From assembly GCF_035084215.1 (NCBI RefSeq), contig NC_090363.1:3844001-3908000 (forward strand): a stretch of 64,000 nt of DNA, read 5' to 3'. Positions 60,768 to 64,000 of the stretch are shown piece after piece. A program made the translations under genes and the position numbers. This stretch comes from Heptranchias perlo. Its lineage: Eukaryota. Under the pieces are notes generated by a model, which was not told where the DNA came from, searched no databases, and worked only from the letters and a program-made list of their open reading frames with translations. Position 1 is the first letter of the stretch. Each line of letters begins with the position of its first letter.

Positions 60768-61160
60768 CCAATTAGTCCCACTCCCTCTGCTCTTTCCCCA
60801 TAGCCCTGCAAATTTTTCCTTTTCAAGTATTTATCCGATTCCCTTTTGAAATTTACTATTGAATCTGCTTCCACCACCCTTTCAGGCAGCGCATTCCAGA
60901 TCAGAACAACTCGCTGCGTAAACAAAATTCTCATCTCTCCTCTTTTTTGCCAATTATCCTAAATCCGTGTCATCTGGTTACCGACCTCCTGCCAGTTTCT
61001 CTCTATCTACTCTGTCAATATCCTTAATAATTTTGAACACCTCTATTAAATCTCCCCTTAACCTTCTCTGCTCCAAGGAGAACAATCCCAGCTTCTCCAG
61101 TCTCTCCACATAACTAAAGCCCCTCATCCCTGGTACCATTCTGGTAAATCTCCTTTGCAT
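60768..61160 (-). mobile_element. CR1/HER1-type 3' fragment
   Basis: [36 protein letters not shown]. Confidence 0.85.
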
Positions 61161-61304
61161 TCTCATACACGTGTCATCATGCACATGTCATCATCAACAT
61201 ACGACAACCCGAGGAAATTTCCTGCCGTGTTTGTGACATCACACACACATGGCATCCAGAGGAAATTTCCTGCTCTGTCTGAGACATCCCAAACATCTGG
61301 CTAC

Positions 61305-62390
61305 AAAACAGACAACAGAGAGTAGGGGTTAAAGGAAGTTATTCAGACTGGCAGAAGGTGGGAAGTGGTGTTCCACAGGGATTGGTGATGGGACCGCTGT
61401 TGTTCACCATTTACATAAACGATTTGGACTCGGGAAAGGGAAGCACAATTTCCAAATTTGCGAACGGCACCAAATTGGGGGGGTATAGTTAATACCGAGG
61501 AGGACTGCGACAAAATACAGGGAGACATTAATAAATTTGCAGAATGGGCGTGTAATTGGCAAATGAATTTCAATATAGGTAAGTGTGAGGTGGTGCATTT
61601 TGGTAGGAAGAATAAGGAGGCCACATACTGCTTGGAAAATAAGAGTCTAATTGGGGTAGAGGAGCAGAGGGATCTGGGGGTACAGATACACAAATCACTA
61701 AAAGTAGCGACACAGGTTAATAAGGCCATAAGAAAAGCAAACCAAGCACTGGGGTTCATTTCTAGAGCGATAGAATTGAAAAGCAGAGAAGTTATGTTAA
61801 ACTTGTATAGAACCTTGGTTAGACCATACTTAGAGTATTGTGAACAGTTCTGGTCTCCTATTATAAAAAAGGATAAAGAGGCACTGGAGAAGGTGCAAAA
61901 AAAGATTTACTAGGATGATACCAGAACTGAGAGGTTATACCTATCAGGAAAGATTGAACAGGCTGGGGCTCTTTTCTCTGGAAAAGAGAAGATGGAGGGG
62001 TGACCTGATAGAGGTCTTTAAGATTATGAAAGGGTTTGATAGGGTAGACATAGAGAACATGTTTCCACTTGTGGGGGAGACCAGAACTAGGGGCCATAAA
62101 TATAAGATAGTCACTGATAAATCCAATAGAGAATTCAGGAGAAACTTCTTTACCCAGAGAGTGGTGAGAATGTGGAACTCTCTACCACAGGGAGTAGTTG
62201 AGGCGAATAGCATAGATGCATTTAAAGGAAAATTAGATAAATACATGAGGGAGAAAGGAATGGAAGGATATGTTGATGGGGTTAGATGAAGAAGGGAGAG
62301 AGGAGGCTCGTGTGGAGCATAAACACTGGCATAGACCAGCTGGGCTGAATGGCCTGTTTCTGTGCTGTAAATTCTATGTAATTCTATGTA
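61305..62390 (+). mobile_element. CR1/HER1-type LINE, decayed RT C-terminus plus 3' end
   Basis: ORFs 61458-61913 and 61915-62289; (aattctatgt)2 tail. Confidence 0.9.
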
Positions 62391-62434
62391 AATGGAAGCC
62401 ATATATTTTGAAACAAATGTGTTGCCTGCCACAG

Positions 62435-62551
62435 GCTGGTGAGGAGAAGGGAGAGGAAACACAGTATGCAGCAATCCAGCTCTAGGAAACCAAAGGCAAG
62501 CAAATCCGCGAAGAGGTGTCTTCAGACATTGCACCTCAGGGCTCACAGTGA
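62435..62551 (+). pseudogene. Orphan cytoplasmic-tail-like exon with ITIM-like TQYAAI (truncated or degenerate)
   Basis: Acceptor gcctgccacag; AGEEKGEETQYAAIQL*ETKGKQIREEVSSDI; the inverted homolog at 63027-63107 reads through with IVYTDI. Confidence 0.45.
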
Positions 62552-62784
62552 GGAGGGGTTGTGTGGTGCTGTGTGTTGGAACACTCTATTTTATCTCTAG
62601 AGTTTGAGTTGGAATCCTAACCGGCTGTGGGGATATTAAACTGAATTGGTTTGGGCCAATTGGAACCAATTCCTGGTGCATTTTTGTCGCATATAATACG
62701 GTCCAACTTGGAACCTTCACTCAACTCAAGAGGCCACAAAGTTGGAGGTGTCATTGTGGTATCAGCACAGGAGGTCAGTGCCAG

Positions 62785-63195
62785 TCCTGGCTCTTCGAAA
62801 GAGCTATCCAATTAATCCCACTCCCCCGCTCTTTCCCCAGAGCCCCTGTAAACTTTTTCCCTTCAAGTATTTATCCAATTCCCTTTTGAAAGTTACTATT
62901 GAATCTGCTTCCACCGCCCTTTCATGCAGTGCATTCCAGATCATAACTTGCTACGTAAAAAATTGTTTCCTCATCTCGCCTCTGGTTCTTTTGCCGATCG
63001 CCTTAAATCTGCGTCCTCTGGTTACCGGTGATGTCAGTGTAGACGATGTCTGAAGACGCCTCTTCACGGATTTGCTCGTCTTTGGCTTCCTGGAGCTGGA
63101 TTGCGGCCATTGGAAACAGCGTCTCCTTATTTCCTCTGTCAAAACCCTTCATGATTTTGAAGACTTCAATCTTAACCTTCTCTGCTCTAAGGAGA
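62785..63195 (-). mobile_element. CR1/HER1-type 3' fragment carrying an ~80-bp captured insert (63027-63105)
   Basis: Host tggttaccg..gccattggaaacag is split by non-CR1 sequence. Confidence 0.8.
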
Positions 63196-64000
63196 AGGAC
63201 CTGATCCATTCCACACCCGGTTTAGGTGACGTTTGATGTCAAAAATGGAAAAAAAAAATGTCAGTTCCGCAGCACTTCACATCACTTCATCCAGGTGAGC
63301 TGGAAAATTCATCAAAAATACAAACAGATAAATTAAAGCTGGCTCTCACCTTCTGCACGCAAACTGAGATTCTTCTCGATTGAGTCATGCACAAGGTTTG
63401 CCAATTGGATTGGTGCCTGCACCATCGAGCACTTCAAGTGGTTTGATCAGGGTGTAGATGACTGGGATCAGACCACTGGGGTCCAAATCACTCGTCTCAC
63501 ACACGCTCGTTTTGATTTAAAAACGTTAGCTGGTTTAGAAACGGCCAACCTCAAGGACGGAAAAGAGCAGAGGGAGAGTTCTGTCTCTGCCCCCCACTGC
63601 ACCCACCCTGGGATTTCTTGGCTGCTTTCCCATTGGATGGGGCTGCACGTTGGAGCATTTAAATGAGGTCGGAGGGGCCGCTCGTCTCACTTTCAAGGGA
63701 TTTACGTTCATCGGCGGGAGGGTTGCCTGCCAAAGGCCTGCCCCTGGCCCCTCCACAGACTGGAGGCTCTGCAGGGTCCTCCGGGAGGGGGGGAGGGAGG
63801 GATGGATGGGGAGGGCAATGCTGAAGACGACACAGACACTAGCGGCCAGCGGGTCCTCCCTGCTGCCTCTCCCCGGCCAATGGCTGGTGGCCAGCGAGTG
63901 CAGCTTTAGGCCTCTCGGGCCTACCTCACAACTCCAACCCCCTTCCCCGGTATTTAGGCACCAGGCCCAGCCAAGGGGCAGGGCCCAGGCCTGGAGCACG

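Overview
Eukaryotic, intron-containing vertebrate DNA; the repeat families and gene types point to a cartilaginous fish (shark/elasmobranch). Genes: (1) the 3' half of a RING/B-box/coiled-coil/B30.2 TRIM gene (+, 2392-7237); (2) a complete six-coding-exon TRIM (+, 13524-20549, 500 aa); (3) a complete paralogous TRIM on the minus strand (35003-29249, 495 aa), tail-to-tail with gene 2; (4) the main finding, a non-rearranging antibody-like gene (+, 46749-50626): leader, one germline-complete VJ-type exon with no RSS, and three C1-set exons. It has IgG-like V-C-C-C architecture, no transmembrane exon that I could find, and resembles shark UrIg/UrIg2. There is also a candidate tailpiece exon (53552-53637) and an orphan ITIM-like exon with an inverted captured copy (62435-63107). 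A large part of the window is mobile DNA: CR1/HER1-type LINEs, a young poly(A)-tailed LINE family, L2, L1/Tx1 remnants, Deu-domain SINEs, Harbinger-like MITEs, and Penelope-like fold-back elements. Three of the Penelope-like elements carry intact minimal hammerhead ribozyme motifs on both strands, and two of these sit about 350 bp upstream of TRIM start codons. All exon boundaries were read by eye from GT/AG sites and checked for phase; no database search was run.
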